Origin: an uncultured Clostridia bacterium
Lineage (GTDB): Bacteria > Bacillota > Clostridia > Oscillospirales > CAG-272
Assembly (NCBI GenBank): GCA_947631765.1
Contig: CANRMP010000012.1
Location: 248 to 64,247, forward strand
Length of the DNA stretch: 64,000 nucleotides
Direction: 5' to 3'
Shown here in pieces: positions 1 through 8,964 of this stretch (position 1 is the first letter of the stretch; every line of letters begins with the position of its first letter). A program made the position numbers and the translations under genes. The notes beneath the pieces are model-generated. The model saw only the letters and a list, made by a program, of their open reading frames with translations, was not told the origin of the DNA and searched no databases.

Positions 1-1351
1 TGCGGGCATCTCCCATAACTCCAACGCTTCTTGTGTCGGTAAGCACCGCAAAATACTGGTTAGTCATTCTTTCAAGCCCCGCGTTTGCAACCTCCTCGCG
101 GAAAATCGCATCCGCTTCTCTGAGTATTTTAAGCTTTTCTTCTGTTATCTCACCGATAACGCGCACGGCAAGTCCGGGTCCCGGGAAGGGCTGTCTCCAG
201 ACAAGCTCATATGGAATACCGAGCTTTGTGCCTACCTCTCTGACCTCATCCTTGAAAAGCTCACGAAGAGGCTCGGCTATTTCGTCAAAGGCGATAACGT
301 CGGGAAGTCCTCCCACGTTGTGGTGGCTCTTGATTACCGCCGAGTCCCCGAGCCCGCTTTCAATGACGTCGGGATATATCGTTCCCTGAACAAGCACGTT
401 GATTTTTCCGAGCTTTTTCGCCTCGTCCTCAAAGACCCTTATAAACTCCTCGCCTATTATTTTTCTCTTTTTTTCGGGCTCGGTAACGCCTTTAAGTTTT
501 GTCAAAAATCTTTCGGCGGCGTTGACTCTTATTAAATTCATGCCGAATTTTTCCCTGAAGGTCTTCTCGACAAAGTCCCCCTCGTCTTTCCTGAGCAGTC
601 CGTGGTCGACGAAAACGCAGGTAAGATTTTTGCCTATCGCGCTGTTTAAAAGCACTGCGGCGACGGAGGAGTCGACTCCTCCCGAAAGGGCAAGAAGCAC
701 CTTCTTGTCGCCGAGCTTTGCCTTGTACTTCTCGATTGAGCGCTTTGCAAAGTCCTCCATAAGCCATGTTCCGCTCATTTTGCATATATCAAAGAGAAAA
801 TTACGCAGCATCTGTTTGCCGAACTCGGTGTGAGTGACCTCGGGATGAAACTGCACGCCGTAAAGATTTCTCTCCTCGTCGCACATGGCGGCGCAGGGGC
901 ATTTGTCGGTATAGGCGGTTATGAGAAAGCCCTTTGGCGGAACCTTCACATAGTCGGTGTGGCTCATCCAGCAGACGCTTTCCTCGGGTACTCCCTTAAA
1001 AAGCTTGTCGTCAAGGGTGTGGAGCACTGTTTTTCCGTACTCGCTTCCCTCCTTTGCACTGCAAATCTCGCCGCCTGTCATGTACGCCATAAGCTGGTCG
1101 CCGTAGCATATTCCGAGCACGGGTATACCAAGCTCAAGAACACTCGGGTCATAGTGAGGCGAGCGCTCGTCATACACGCTGTTGGGACCTCCGGTGAAAA
1201 TAATTCCGCCGTACCCTTCGTTTTTTATTTGCTCGGGTGTTATTTTGTTGTACGGTTTAATTTCGGCAAAAACATGCTGTTCTCTGACTCTTCTTGCAAT
1301 AAGCTGATTGTACTGTCCTCCGAAATCAAGCACAAGTATTTTTTCTTCCAT
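1..1351 (-). CDS. guaA: GMP synthase (glutamine-hydrolysing); roughly the last 60-70 aa run off the left edge
   Basis: Absent from the ORF track because it has no stop inside the window. My translation from ATG 1351..1349 reads [35 protein letters not shown]...[12 protein letters not shown]...[11 protein letters not shown]...[18 protein letters not shown]. That is a class-I GATase domain followed by the SGGVDS PP-loop. The plus-strand ORFs at 33..1357 are its shadows. Confidence 0.92.
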   Translation of the reverse strand, partial: MEEKILVLDFGGQYNQLIARRVREQHVFAEIKPYNKITPEQIKNEGYGGIIFTGGPNSVYDERSPHYDPSVLELGIPVLGICYGDQLMAYMTGGEICSAKEGSEYGKTVLHTLDDKLFKGVPEESVCWMSHTDYVKVPPKGFLITAYTDKCPCAAMCDEERNLYGVQFHPEVTHTEFGKQMLRNFLFDICKMSGTWLMEDFAKRSIEKYKAKLGDKKVLLALSGGVDSSVAAVLLNSAIGKNLTCVFVDHGLLRKDEGDFVEKTFREKFGMNLIRVNAAERFLTKLKGVTEPEKKRKIIGEEFIRVFEDEAKKLGKINVLVQGTIYPDVIESGLGDSAVIKSHHNVGGLPDVIAFDEIAEPLRELFKDEVREVGTKLGIPYELVWRQPFPGPGLAVRVIGEITEEKLKILREADAIFREEVANAGLERMTNQYFAVLTDTRSVGVMGDAR

Positions 1352-1386
1352 AAATAATTGCCTTCACTTATTGTTTATTTGAAAGT

Positions 1387-2802
1387 TTAAAGGTTTATTT
1401 CCGCATTCTGCCTTGAAATATCCTTGATTAAGGGATATACCTTTGAAAGAAGCGCGTCCACCTGCTCGGGACAGCGCCCGATGTAGAGCGAGGGCTCGAG
1501 CATCGCTTTCATTTCGTTTTCGTCAAGGGTGAACTCCTTTTCCTTAGCAAGACGGCTGAGTAGGTCGCAGTCCTCTCCGTTTTTCATTTTTGCCGTCGCC
1601 TCCATAGAACAGCTTCTTATTATTTCGTGAAGCTTCTGACGGTCGCCGCCCTTCTTCACCGCCTCCATCATTAGATTTTCGGTGGCGATAAAGGGAAGAT
1701 ACTCCATAACCGTTCTTTCGATTATTTTTTCATTCACTCTCAGCCCGTCGGTGACGTTCTGTGCAAGGCGGAGAATGGCGTCTGCGCACAAAAAGCCTTC
1801 GGGAAGGGATATACGGCGGTTTGCCGAGTCGTCAAGAGTCCTTTCAAGCCACTGAACCGACGCCGTCATTGCGGCGTTGGAGGCGTCTGCCATAAGGTAA
1901 CGCGCAAGAGAGCATATTCTCTCGCTTCTCATCGGGTTTCTCTTATAAGCCATTGCCGAGGAGCCTATCTGGTTTTTCTCAAAGGGTTCCTCAATTTGAC
2001 GGTCGTGCTGGAGAAGCCTTATGTCGTTTGCCATTCTGTAACAGCTTTGAGCAACCGATGAAAGCGCGTTCAGTATTCTTGAGTCAACCTTTCTGGGATA
2101 GGTCTGACCGCACACGTCAAAGCACTGCTCAAAGCCGAAATCGGAAGATATCATTTTGTTCATCTTATCGATTTTTTCACCGTCTCCGGCAAACAAATCG
2201 ACAAAGCTTGCCTCGGTTCCGGTGGTTCCGCGACAGCCGAGGAATTTTATATTCTTTATCGCAAAGTCAATTTCCTCAAGGTCGGAGAGAAGGTCCTGTA
2301 TCCAAAGGCAGGCGCGTTTTCCGACGCTCACAAGCTGTGCCGGCTGATAGTGAGTGTAACCGAGAGTCGGAAGCGAGCGGTATTTCTTTGCAAAATCGGC
2401 AAGGTTGGCAATTACCTTCAAAAGCTCGCCGCGAAGATAGACCAGCCCGTCCCGATATATCACAAGGTCTGCGTTGTCGGTGACGTAGCAGCTTGTGGCG
2501 CCGAGGTGTATAATTCCCGCCGCCTTGGGCGCCACCTTTCCGTAGGCGTGCACGTGTGCCATAACGTCATGGCGCACCTTTTTCTCGTCTTCCTTTACGT
2601 ATTCGTAATCGATGTCCTCAATATGCGCTTCAAGCTCCTCTATTTGCTCCTTTGTAATGGGAAGTCCGAGCGCGGATTCCGCCTTTGCAAGCGATACCCA
2701 AAGTCTTCTCCAGGTGCGGTAGCGGGTATCCGAGGAAAAGAGCGAGAGCATATACTGCGAGGCGTAGCGCGAGGAAAGCGGCGATTCATAAATATCCGTC
2801 AT
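1387..2802 (-). CDS. purB: adenylosuccinate lyase
   Basis: 471 aa. Has the lyase-1 fumarase-family signature GSSAMAYKRNP and typical PurB N-terminus (SPLSSRYAS...); sits next to purA and purC. Confidence 0.93.
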   Translation of the reverse strand: MTDIYESPLSSRYASQYMLSLFSSDTRYRTWRRLWVSLAKAESALGLPITKEQIEELEAHIEDIDYEYVKEDEKKVRHDVMAHVHAYGKVAPKAAGIIHLGATSCYVTDNADLVIYRDGLVYLRGELLKVIANLADFAKKYRSLPTLGYTHYQPAQLVSVGKRACLWIQDLLSDLEEIDFAIKNIKFLGCRGTTGTEASFVDLFAGDGEKIDKMNKMISSDFGFEQCFDVCGQTYPRKVDSRILNALSSVAQSCYRMANDIRLLQHDRQIEEPFEKNQIGSSAMAYKRNPMRSERICSLARYLMADASNAAMTASVQWLERTLDDSANRRISLPEGFLCADAILRLAQNVTDGLRVNEKIIERTVMEYLPFIATENLMMEAVKKGGDRQKLHEIIRSCSMEATAKMKNGEDCDLLSRLAKEKEFTLDENEMKAMLEPSLYIGRCPEQVDALLSKVYPLIKDISRQNAEINL

Positions 2803-2814
2803 ATTCTCACACGC

Positions 2815-4092
2815 TCACTTTCTTATAATAATGCTTTCTCTTTCCGGTCCTACAGAAACGTAGGTTATCGGACAGCCTATATTTTCTTCGACAAAGAGGA
2901 CATAACGCTGAGCCGCGCTTGGCAGGTCCTCCCACCTTCTTGCGCCGCTTATATCGCATCCCCAGCCCTCAAAATACTCAATAACGGGGGAAGCCGAGTC
3001 AAGCACCGAGGGGAACGGGAATTTATCTGTACGCTTGCCGTCAACCAAATAATGCGTGCAGACCGGAATTTTATCCATATAGCTGAGTACGTCAAGCTTT
3101 GTAAGCGCTATTTCGGTTGCCGCCTGAACCGCAACTCCGTATCTTGTGGCGACAATGTCAAGCGGTCCCACTCTTCTGGGACGTCCGGTCTTGGCTCCGT
3201 ATTCCGCTCCCGCCAGACGAAGCTTTTCCGCCTCGTCTCCGAACATTTCGCAGACAAACGGTCCTTCTCCGACGCAGGTCGAATACGCCTTTACAACGCC
3301 TACAACATTCTCGATTTTCGCCGAGGGAAGCCCCGAACCTATGGGAGCGTATGCGGCGGTGGTGTTTGAAGAGGTGGTATACGGGCAGATGCCGTAATCA
3401 AGATCACGAAGCGAGCCGAGCTGTGCCTCAAAAAGTATATTCTTTCCCTCTTTTTGAGCCTCACTCAGAAATTCTCCGGTATCGGTTATAAAGGGTTTTA
3501 TTTTTTCGCAATAATTATTTAACCATTCTTCAAGCATGGAATAGCTAAACGGCTGTGCGCTGTAAACGCCGGTAAGCGTTAAATTTTTCCATTCAAGCAG
3601 GTCGGTAAGATGCGCTTTAAGCTGTTCGGGGTGGAACAGCTCTCCCGCAAGCACGGTCTTTTTCTGATATTTGTCGGCATAGAAGGGTGCGATTCCCTGC
3701 TTTGTCGAGCCGTATTTTTTATCCTTAAGCCTTGCCTCCTCAAGAGAGTCAAGCTCTCTGTGCCATGGCATGAGAAGGCTGGCACGCTCGCTGATTTTTA
3801 GATTTTCGGGAGTGAGCGGCACCCCCTTTGAAATAACATCCCGCATTTCAATCCAAAGACTTTCGGGGTCAAGGGCTACTCCGTTGCCGAGAATATTCAC
3901 AACCCCTTTACGGAATATTCCTGAAGGCAGAAGGTGAAGGGCGAATTTCCCCTGTGAGTTTATAACGGTATGACCCGCATTTCCTCCTCCCTGATAGCGG
4001 ACGACCACATCATAGGATTCGGTCAGATAGTCAACCATTCTTCCCTTTCCCTCGTCACCCCAGTTGATTCCGACGATTGCGCAGTTAGACAT
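2815..4092 (-). CDS. purA: adenylosuccinate synthetase
   Basis: 425 aa. N-terminal P-loop VGINWGDEGKGRMVDYL, GNAGHTV, and a full-length PurA-like layout. Confidence 0.95.
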   Translation of the reverse strand: MSNCAIVGINWGDEGKGRMVDYLTESYDVVVRYQGGGNAGHTVINSQGKFALHLLPSGIFRKGVVNILGNGVALDPESLWIEMRDVISKGVPLTPENLKISERASLLMPWHRELDSLEEARLKDKKYGSTKQGIAPFYADKYQKKTVLAGELFHPEQLKAHLTDLLEWKNLTLTGVYSAQPFSYSMLEEWLNNYCEKIKPFITDTGEFLSEAQKEGKNILFEAQLGSLRDLDYGICPYTTSSNTTAAYAPIGSGLPSAKIENVVGVVKAYSTCVGEGPFVCEMFGDEAEKLRLAGAEYGAKTGRPRRVGPLDIVATRYGVAVQAATEIALTKLDVLSYMDKIPVCTHYLVDGKRTDKFPFPSVLDSASPVIEYFEGWGCDISGARRWEDLPSAAQRYVLFVEENIGCPITYVSVGPERESIIIRK

Positions 4093-4153
4093 AGCAAAAA
4101 TACTCCTTTGTGTTTGTGTAATGTTTTATTGTTTTGTCGGTTGCCGATATGTA

Positions 4154-4867
4154 TTATATGTGTTCGGTAAGCCTCTTCATTACCTCGATGTAAGCGTCCT
4201 CAACGCCTCCCATATCTCTGCGGAAGCGGTCCTTGTCAAGCTTCTCGTGGGTTTTGGAATCCCAGAGGCGGCAAGTGTCGGGACTTATCTCATCGGCAAG
4301 CACAATTGTATTGTCGCTAAGGCGGCCGAACTCAAGCTTGAAATCAACAATTGTGACTCCGCATTCGTTCCAGAAGGCCTTGAGTTCTTCATTTACCTTA
4401 AAGGCGTATTTTTTAATAGTCTCGATTTCCTCCCATGTGGCAAGTCTCAGCGCTACCGCATGGTAATCGTTTATAAGCGGGTCTCCGAGCTCGTCGTTCT
4501 TGTATGAGAACTCAATTGTGGGAGCGTCGAAAACTATTCCCTCCTCAACGCCGTATCTCTTTGAAAAAGAGCCAGCGGAAATGTTTCTGATAATCACCTC
4601 AAGAGGAACGATAGTCACCTTTTTTACAAGCGTATCCCTATCACTTAGCTCCTTAACAAGGTGCGTGGGTACTCCCGCCTTTTCGAGTCTCTGCATAAGC
4701 AGGTTGCTCATTTTGTTGTTGATAACGCCCTTGCCCGCTATGGTCCCTTTTTTCAGACCGTTAAATGCGGTGGCGTCGTCCTTGTAGGACACTATGAGCA
4801 GCTGCTCGTCGTCTGTTTTAAATACCTTTTTTGCCTTGCCTTCGTAAAGCTGTTCTCTTTTTTCCAT
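4154..4867 (-). CDS. purC: phosphoribosylaminoimidazole-succinocarboxamide (SAICAR) synthase
   Basis: 237 aa. [10 protein letters not shown]...DDATAFNG...NKMSNLLM and a C-terminal LDKDRFRRD motif typical of PurC. Confidence 0.93.
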   Translation of the reverse strand: MEKREQLYEGKAKKVFKTDDEQLLIVSYKDDATAFNGLKKGTIAGKGVINNKMSNLLMQRLEKAGVPTHLVKELSDRDTLVKKVTIVPLEVIIRNISAGSFSKRYGVEEGIVFDAPTIEFSYKNDELGDPLINDYHAVALRLATWEEIETIKKYAFKVNEELKAFWNECGVTIVDFKLEFGRLSDNTIVLADEISPDTCRLWDSKTHEKLDKDRFRRDMGGVEDAYIEVMKRLTEHI

Positions 4868-4925
4868 TTTGTTTTTTTCTCCTTTATCGGATTGTATATA
4901 TTTTTTTAAATTTTTGACTGTTTTA

Positions 4926-6509
4926 TTATTTTCCGCTGTCCCCGTAGTTTTTCAGCACTCTTGCGGAAGGATCGTCCACGTCGCATCCCTCCCAGCTCTT
5001 ATTGGGCATCCAGAAGTCGGATACCATTTGGCTCTGACCCGGATAGTACTTTTCAAAAATCTCACGGTAGAGCAGCGATTCTTTTGTAAACGGGACTGCG
5101 TGTGTATATTTTTTTCTTTTTTCCTCGTATTCTGCGTCGGTATAGAGGCTCGCCGCGTACTCTTTAAGGTAATCGACCATCGAATGTCCGACAGCGTCGG
5201 AAAACGCCGCCTTTTCTCTCCAGAGAATCGTGTCGGGCAAATAGCTGCCGTCGTTAAAGGCGTAGCGGAGCAGGTATTTACCCTTGTTGTATTTATTGAG
5301 CTTCATTTCGGGGTCTATTGCCATAACGTAGGATACAAAATCAAGGTCGCCGAACGGAACTCTCGCTTCAAGTGAGTTTACCGAAATGCACCTGTCGGCT
5401 CTCAGCACGTCGTACATGTGAAGCTCCGACACTCGCTTCACCGACTCCTTCTGAAACTCTTCTGCGCTCGGGGCAAAATCCGTATACTTGTATCCGAAAA
5501 GCTCATCCGAGATTTCACCTGTCAGCAAAACTCTTATATCGGTGCTTTCGTGTATCGCCTTGCATACAAGGTACATTCCGACGCTCGCTCTTATTGTCGT
5601 TATGTCGTACGTACCGAGCAGATACACCACGTCCCAAAGCGAGGAAAGCACGTCTTCCTTTGTGATAATAACCTCTCTGTGCTCGCTTCCGATAAAATCC
5701 GCCGCCTGCTTTGCGTACTTCAAATCGATTGCGTCCTCGCTCATGCCGATAGCGAAGGTCTTTATCTTCTCCTTGCAGTTCTTTTGAGCAATTGCGCACA
5801 CAAGTGAAGAATCAAGTCCGCCGGACAGCAGAAAGCCGACCTTAGAATCGGATACCAAGCGCTTTTTGACCCCTTCGACAAGCTTTGCTTTTATGCTTTG
5901 GCACACAGTGTCAATATCGCCTTTTATAACCCTGTCGACCTTTGTTATGTCGCGGTAGCATACAAACCTTCCGCCCTTGTAATAATGTCCGGGGGGAAAA
6001 GGCAGGATTTTTTCGACAATTCCCACAAGGTTTTTTGCCTCGCTTGCAAAAACTATCACTCCCTTTTCGTCATACCCGTAATAAAGCGGACGTATTCCGA
6101 TGGGGTCTCTTGCGGCTATATACTCCTTGGTCCTTCCGTCAAATATTATGCAGGCAAACTCCGCGTCAAGCTTTTCGAACATCGAAACTCCGTACTCCTT
6201 GTAAAGAGGAAGAAGAATTTCGCAGTCCGAATCGCTTTTAAAGGCGTATCCTTTATTCTCAAGCTCTCTTTTCAGTTTTTCAAAGCCGTATATCTCCCCG
6301 TTGCATACCGCATAACTGCCTTCAAGATAAAAGGGCTGCATTCCCTCGGGCGTAAGTCCCATTATCGAAAGGCGGTGAAAGGCAAGCAGGCCCTTGCCGG
6401 TGTCGACAATCCTTGTGTCGTCGGGTCCCCGACTTATCGTTCTGTCAAAGCCCTCCTTGAACACAGAAAAGATGGCGCCGCCATCACAATACCCCATTAT
6501 TGAACACAT
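4926..6509 (-). CDS. asnB: asparagine synthase (glutamine-hydrolysing)
   Basis: ORF track gives 4926..6557. I place the start at ATG 6509..6507 (MCSIMGY...) because Ntn amidotransferases need Cys directly after Met, and GGAG lies 9 nt upstream. The PP-loop SGGLDSS is present, and the gene is preceded by an Asn T-box. Confidence 0.9.
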   Translation of the reverse strand: MCSIMGYCDGGAIFSVFKEGFDRTISRGPDDTRIVDTGKGLLAFHRLSIMGLTPEGMQPFYLEGSYAVCNGEIYGFEKLKRELENKGYAFKSDSDCEILLPLYKEYGVSMFEKLDAEFACIIFDGRTKEYIAARDPIGIRPLYYGYDEKGVIVFASEAKNLVGIVEKILPFPPGHYYKGGRFVCYRDITKVDRVIKGDIDTVCQSIKAKLVEGVKKRLVSDSKVGFLLSGGLDSSLVCAIAQKNCKEKIKTFAIGMSEDAIDLKYAKQAADFIGSEHREVIITKEDVLSSLWDVVYLLGTYDITTIRASVGMYLVCKAIHESTDIRVLLTGEISDELFGYKYTDFAPSAEEFQKESVKRVSELHMYDVLRADRCISVNSLEARVPFGDLDFVSYVMAIDPEMKLNKYNKGKYLLRYAFNDGSYLPDTILWREKAAFSDAVGHSMVDYLKEYAASLYTDAEYEEKRKKYTHAVPFTKESLLYREIFEKYYPGQSQMVSDFWMPNKSWEGCDVDDPSARVLKNYGDSGK

Positions 6510-6559
6510 AACTACAAACTCCGTTCCGCCGCAAAATGCGACTTTATTTTTCAGCATGT

Positions 6560-6795
6560 GTATAGGGCAAGTGCTGTACTCGCGGTACCACCTATATTTT
6601 ATCTCATTTCCGAGCCTATGTCAAGACTTTGTCGCATAACGCAGGACGAAACGGCGCACTTATTTGGAAATTTCCTTTCAGATTGCAGCTCAAAAAGTGT
6701 TATTCACCTAAAAATTGCCATGCGTTCCCATCTTTTTCGCAATTTTCTGTGGGCAATGCTTTTAGGTTACTTCTCTTTTTTCAAACGCTTTTAAA
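6560..6795 (-). promoter_or_regulatory. T-box leader RNA with AAC (Asn) specifier, upstream of asnB
   Basis: The minus strand carries the T-box core AAUAUAGGUGGUACCGCGAG (GGTGGTACCGCG = 6592..6581) and an F-box-like GCGCCGUUU. Stem I has AGAGAAGUAA + CCUAAAA ... UUUUAGG + UGAAU-AAC-A-CUUUUUGAGCU, the same layout as the glyQS specifier loop. The AAC codon is at 6701..6699 followed by A. Confidence 0.85.
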
Positions 6796-7063
6796 TGTAT
6801 TTGAATATTTAATTGTAATTAATCGTAAAACGCGCTTGGCGCAAATATATATGTCAGGTCTGCCTTTTTGCCTCTTTGCAAGAGAACAGCATGCCGCAGG
6901 AAGGCAGAACGCGGCGAAAAAGGACAAAAAGACAAGAAAGGCAGACCGGCATAAGCCATTGACGGGGGAACTTTTTGGGAAAAAGCTTCCCCCGGAGATA
7001 ACTTTTGTCAGAAAGTTATCTCCATGCCCCATTCAAAAACTTTCGATAAAAAATGTAAGGGGT

Positions 7064-7104
7064 TTGAAAATCCAAGGGGGAACCTTTCGGGAAAAGCCTC
7101 CCCC
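7064..7104 (-). terminator. intrinsic terminator after the amt::P-II gene
   Basis: Minus strand GGGGGAGGCUUUUCCCGAAAGGUUCCCCC followed by UUGGAUUUUC, starting 11 nt after the stop codon. Confidence 0.6.
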
Positions 7105-7115
7105 GTAAAATATTT

Positions 7116-8888
7116 TTATTCCACGTCCTGAAGTGCGTCGTATCCTTCTTCTCCGGTACGCACCTTAACAACATTTTCAACATCATAAACGAATATCTTG
7201 CCGTCTCCGATATGTCCGGTATAAAGCACCTTCTTGGCGGTATCAATAACCGCGCTTACGGGAACCTTGCTTACCACAATGTCAACCTGAACCTTGGGAA
7301 GCAGCGAGGGCTCGACCTCAACTCCTCTGTAAAACTCCGGCTTACCCTTCTGAGCTCCGCAGCCGAGCACGTGCGAAACGGTCATGCCGGTTATTCCTAT
7401 TGCAACCATGGCGTTCTTGAGCGCCTCAAGCCTTGCTTCCTTGCAGACAATTTCAACCTTTGTGATCTTCACGCCGTCCGGAGCGCTCTTCTTTTCAAAG
7501 GTGGGAACCGCCTTGACCTCAACCGCCTCCGCAACCGGCGTATCGCCCGAAACAACGATAGGAGCCTCGTCCGCGTCTATGTATTCGGGAAGCATCGCAA
7601 AGCCCGCGTATGCCGAGGGAAGACCGTGTTCTGTAGCGTCAAGACCGGTAATTTCCTCTTCCTTGCTTACTCTTATTCCGACCGTTTTCTTGATTATAAG
7701 AAATACTATCGTTATTGTGATTGCCGTCCATGCCGCAACCGAGGCAAAGCCGAGAAGCTGAATACCGAGAAGCTCAAAGCCTCCGCCGTAGAAAAGACCT
7801 TCAATCGTCTTTCCCGAAGCGTTTGTTATCGAATAGCCGGGGGCTGTGTCGGTGGCAAGAAGTCCTACGGCAATTGTTCCCCAAATGCCGTTGAAGCAGT
7901 GTACCGCAACCGCGCCCACAGGGTCGTCGATATGAAGCACGTGGTCAAGAAACCACACTCCGAATACCACAAGCACTCCCGATACCGCGCCGATTATTGC
8001 AGCACCCAGCGCGTCTGTCACGTCACATCCGGCGGTAACCGCAACGAGTCCCGCAAGAGAGGCGTTAAGACACATCGAAACGTCCGGCTTGCCGTATTTT
8101 ATCCATGTGAATATCATGCACACAACCGTCGCCACGGAAGGCGCAACGGTAGTTGTAAGGAAGATTGACGCCAGCTGATCTACAGAGGTAGCCGCCGCGC
8201 CGTTAAAGCCGTACCAGCCGAGCCAGAGAATGAACACGCCGAGAGCACCGAGCGCTATGCTGTGACCGGGAAAGGCGTTGACCTTGACAACCTTGCCCTT
8301 TTCGTCTCTCTTGAATTTTCCGATTCTCGGTCCGAGAATTTTTGCGCCCACAAGAGCGGAAATACCGCCTACCATATGAATTGCGCAGGAGCCCGCAAAA
8401 TCGTGAAATCCGATTTGTGAGAGCCAGCCGCCGCCCCATATCCAGTGAGCCTCGATAGGATAAATAAGCGCCGAAATGACCGCAGAGTAAATGCAGTATG
8501 AAAGAAACTTTGTGCGCTCAGCCATTGCGCCCGAAACTATTGTTGCGGTCGTTGCGCAGAACACAAGGTTGAAAACAAAGCTCGAAAAGTCAAAGTCCTG
8601 ATACTTTGTGAAAATATCAAACCCGGGTTCTCCGATAAATCCGAACAGGTCCTCGCCCATAAGCAGTCCGAAGCCTATGAGAATAAAGACAACCGTTCCG
8701 ATACAGAAATCCATAAGGTTCTTCATTATAATGTTTCCGGTATTTTTCGGTCTTGTAAAGCCCGCTTCAACCATTGCAAAACCCGCCTGCATCCAAAACA
8801 CCAGCGCCGCGCCTATTAAAAACCACACGGCAAACAGCGAATCGTTTACAAGTGACGTTACTTCTTCCAAAGCCATGATAAAATCCAC
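7116..8888 (-). CDS. amtB: ammonium transporter (Amt) fused to a C-terminal P-II (GlnB/GlnK) domain
   Basis: 590 aa. The first ~430 aa are a multi-TM Amt (AGFAMVEAGF, HMVGGISALVGA, HCFNGIWG). The last 117 aa (7119..7469) are a complete P-II fold with T-loop GCGAQKGKPEFYRGVEVE and C-terminal GDGKIFVYDVENVVKVRTGEEG. Confidence 0.9.
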   Translation of the reverse strand: MDFIMALEEVTSLVNDSLFAVWFLIGAALVFWMQAGFAMVEAGFTRPKNTGNIIMKNLMDFCIGTVVFILIGFGLLMGEDLFGFIGEPGFDIFTKYQDFDFSSFVFNLVFCATTATIVSGAMAERTKFLSYCIYSAVISALIYPIEAHWIWGGGWLSQIGFHDFAGSCAIHMVGGISALVGAKILGPRIGKFKRDEKGKVVKVNAFPGHSIALGALGVFILWLGWYGFNGAAATSVDQLASIFLTTTVAPSVATVVCMIFTWIKYGKPDVSMCLNASLAGLVAVTAGCDVTDALGAAIIGAVSGVLVVFGVWFLDHVLHIDDPVGAVAVHCFNGIWGTIAVGLLATDTAPGYSITNASGKTIEGLFYGGGFELLGIQLLGFASVAAWTAITITIVFLIIKKTVGIRVSKEEEITGLDATEHGLPSAYAGFAMLPEYIDADEAPIVVSGDTPVAEAVEVKAVPTFEKKSAPDGVKITKVEIVCKEARLEALKNAMVAIGITGMTVSHVLGCGAQKGKPEFYRGVEVEPSLLPKVQVDIVVSKVPVSAVIDTAKKVLYTGHIGDGKIFVYDVENVVKVRTGEEGYDALQDVE

Positions 8889-8902
8889 CTCTTTAAATTT
8901 AA

Positions 8903-8941
8903 TTTTTCAAAAAGCATCCCCGCCTCCGTATGAAGCGGGGG
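8903..8941 (-). terminator. terminator or attenuator hairpin between glnN and amt::P-II
   Basis: Minus strand CCCCCGCUUCAUACGGAGGCGGGG followed by AUGCUUUUUG, located in the 76-nt spacer. Confidence 0.55.
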
Positions 8942-8964
8942 TGGCTTTAGATCGGTATTTAATT

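Noticed and set aside
2350-3369. 339-aa plus-strand ORF, plus other long ORFs antisense to strong genes (7212..8168, 13482..14111, 15717..16454, 22227..22820, 26783..27790, 33003..33764, 44486..45241, 49269..49919, 49901..50587, 53821..54333).
   Set aside because: Each lies entirely opposite a gene with clear family motifs. Their translations are low-complexity, Arg/Cys/Ser-rich with no recognisable motifs, and they lack RBS context. These are typical shadow ORFs in ~50% GC DNA.
6510-6557. 16-codon N-terminal extension of asnB (MLKNKVAFCGGTEFVV) given by the ORF track.
   Set aside because: Ntn glutamine amidotransferases require Cys as the first residue after Met removal. ATG 6509 gives MCS... 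and has a GGAG RBS, and the upstream ATG falls inside the T-box leader 3' region.
6510-6580. Looked for the canonical T-box terminator helix and U-tract downstream of GGTGGTACCGCG.
   Set aside because: Only a weak 5-bp CAGCA/TGCTG helix followed by A-rich sequence and a small GTCGC/GCGGC hairpin are present. I could not support a terminator feature, so none is reported.
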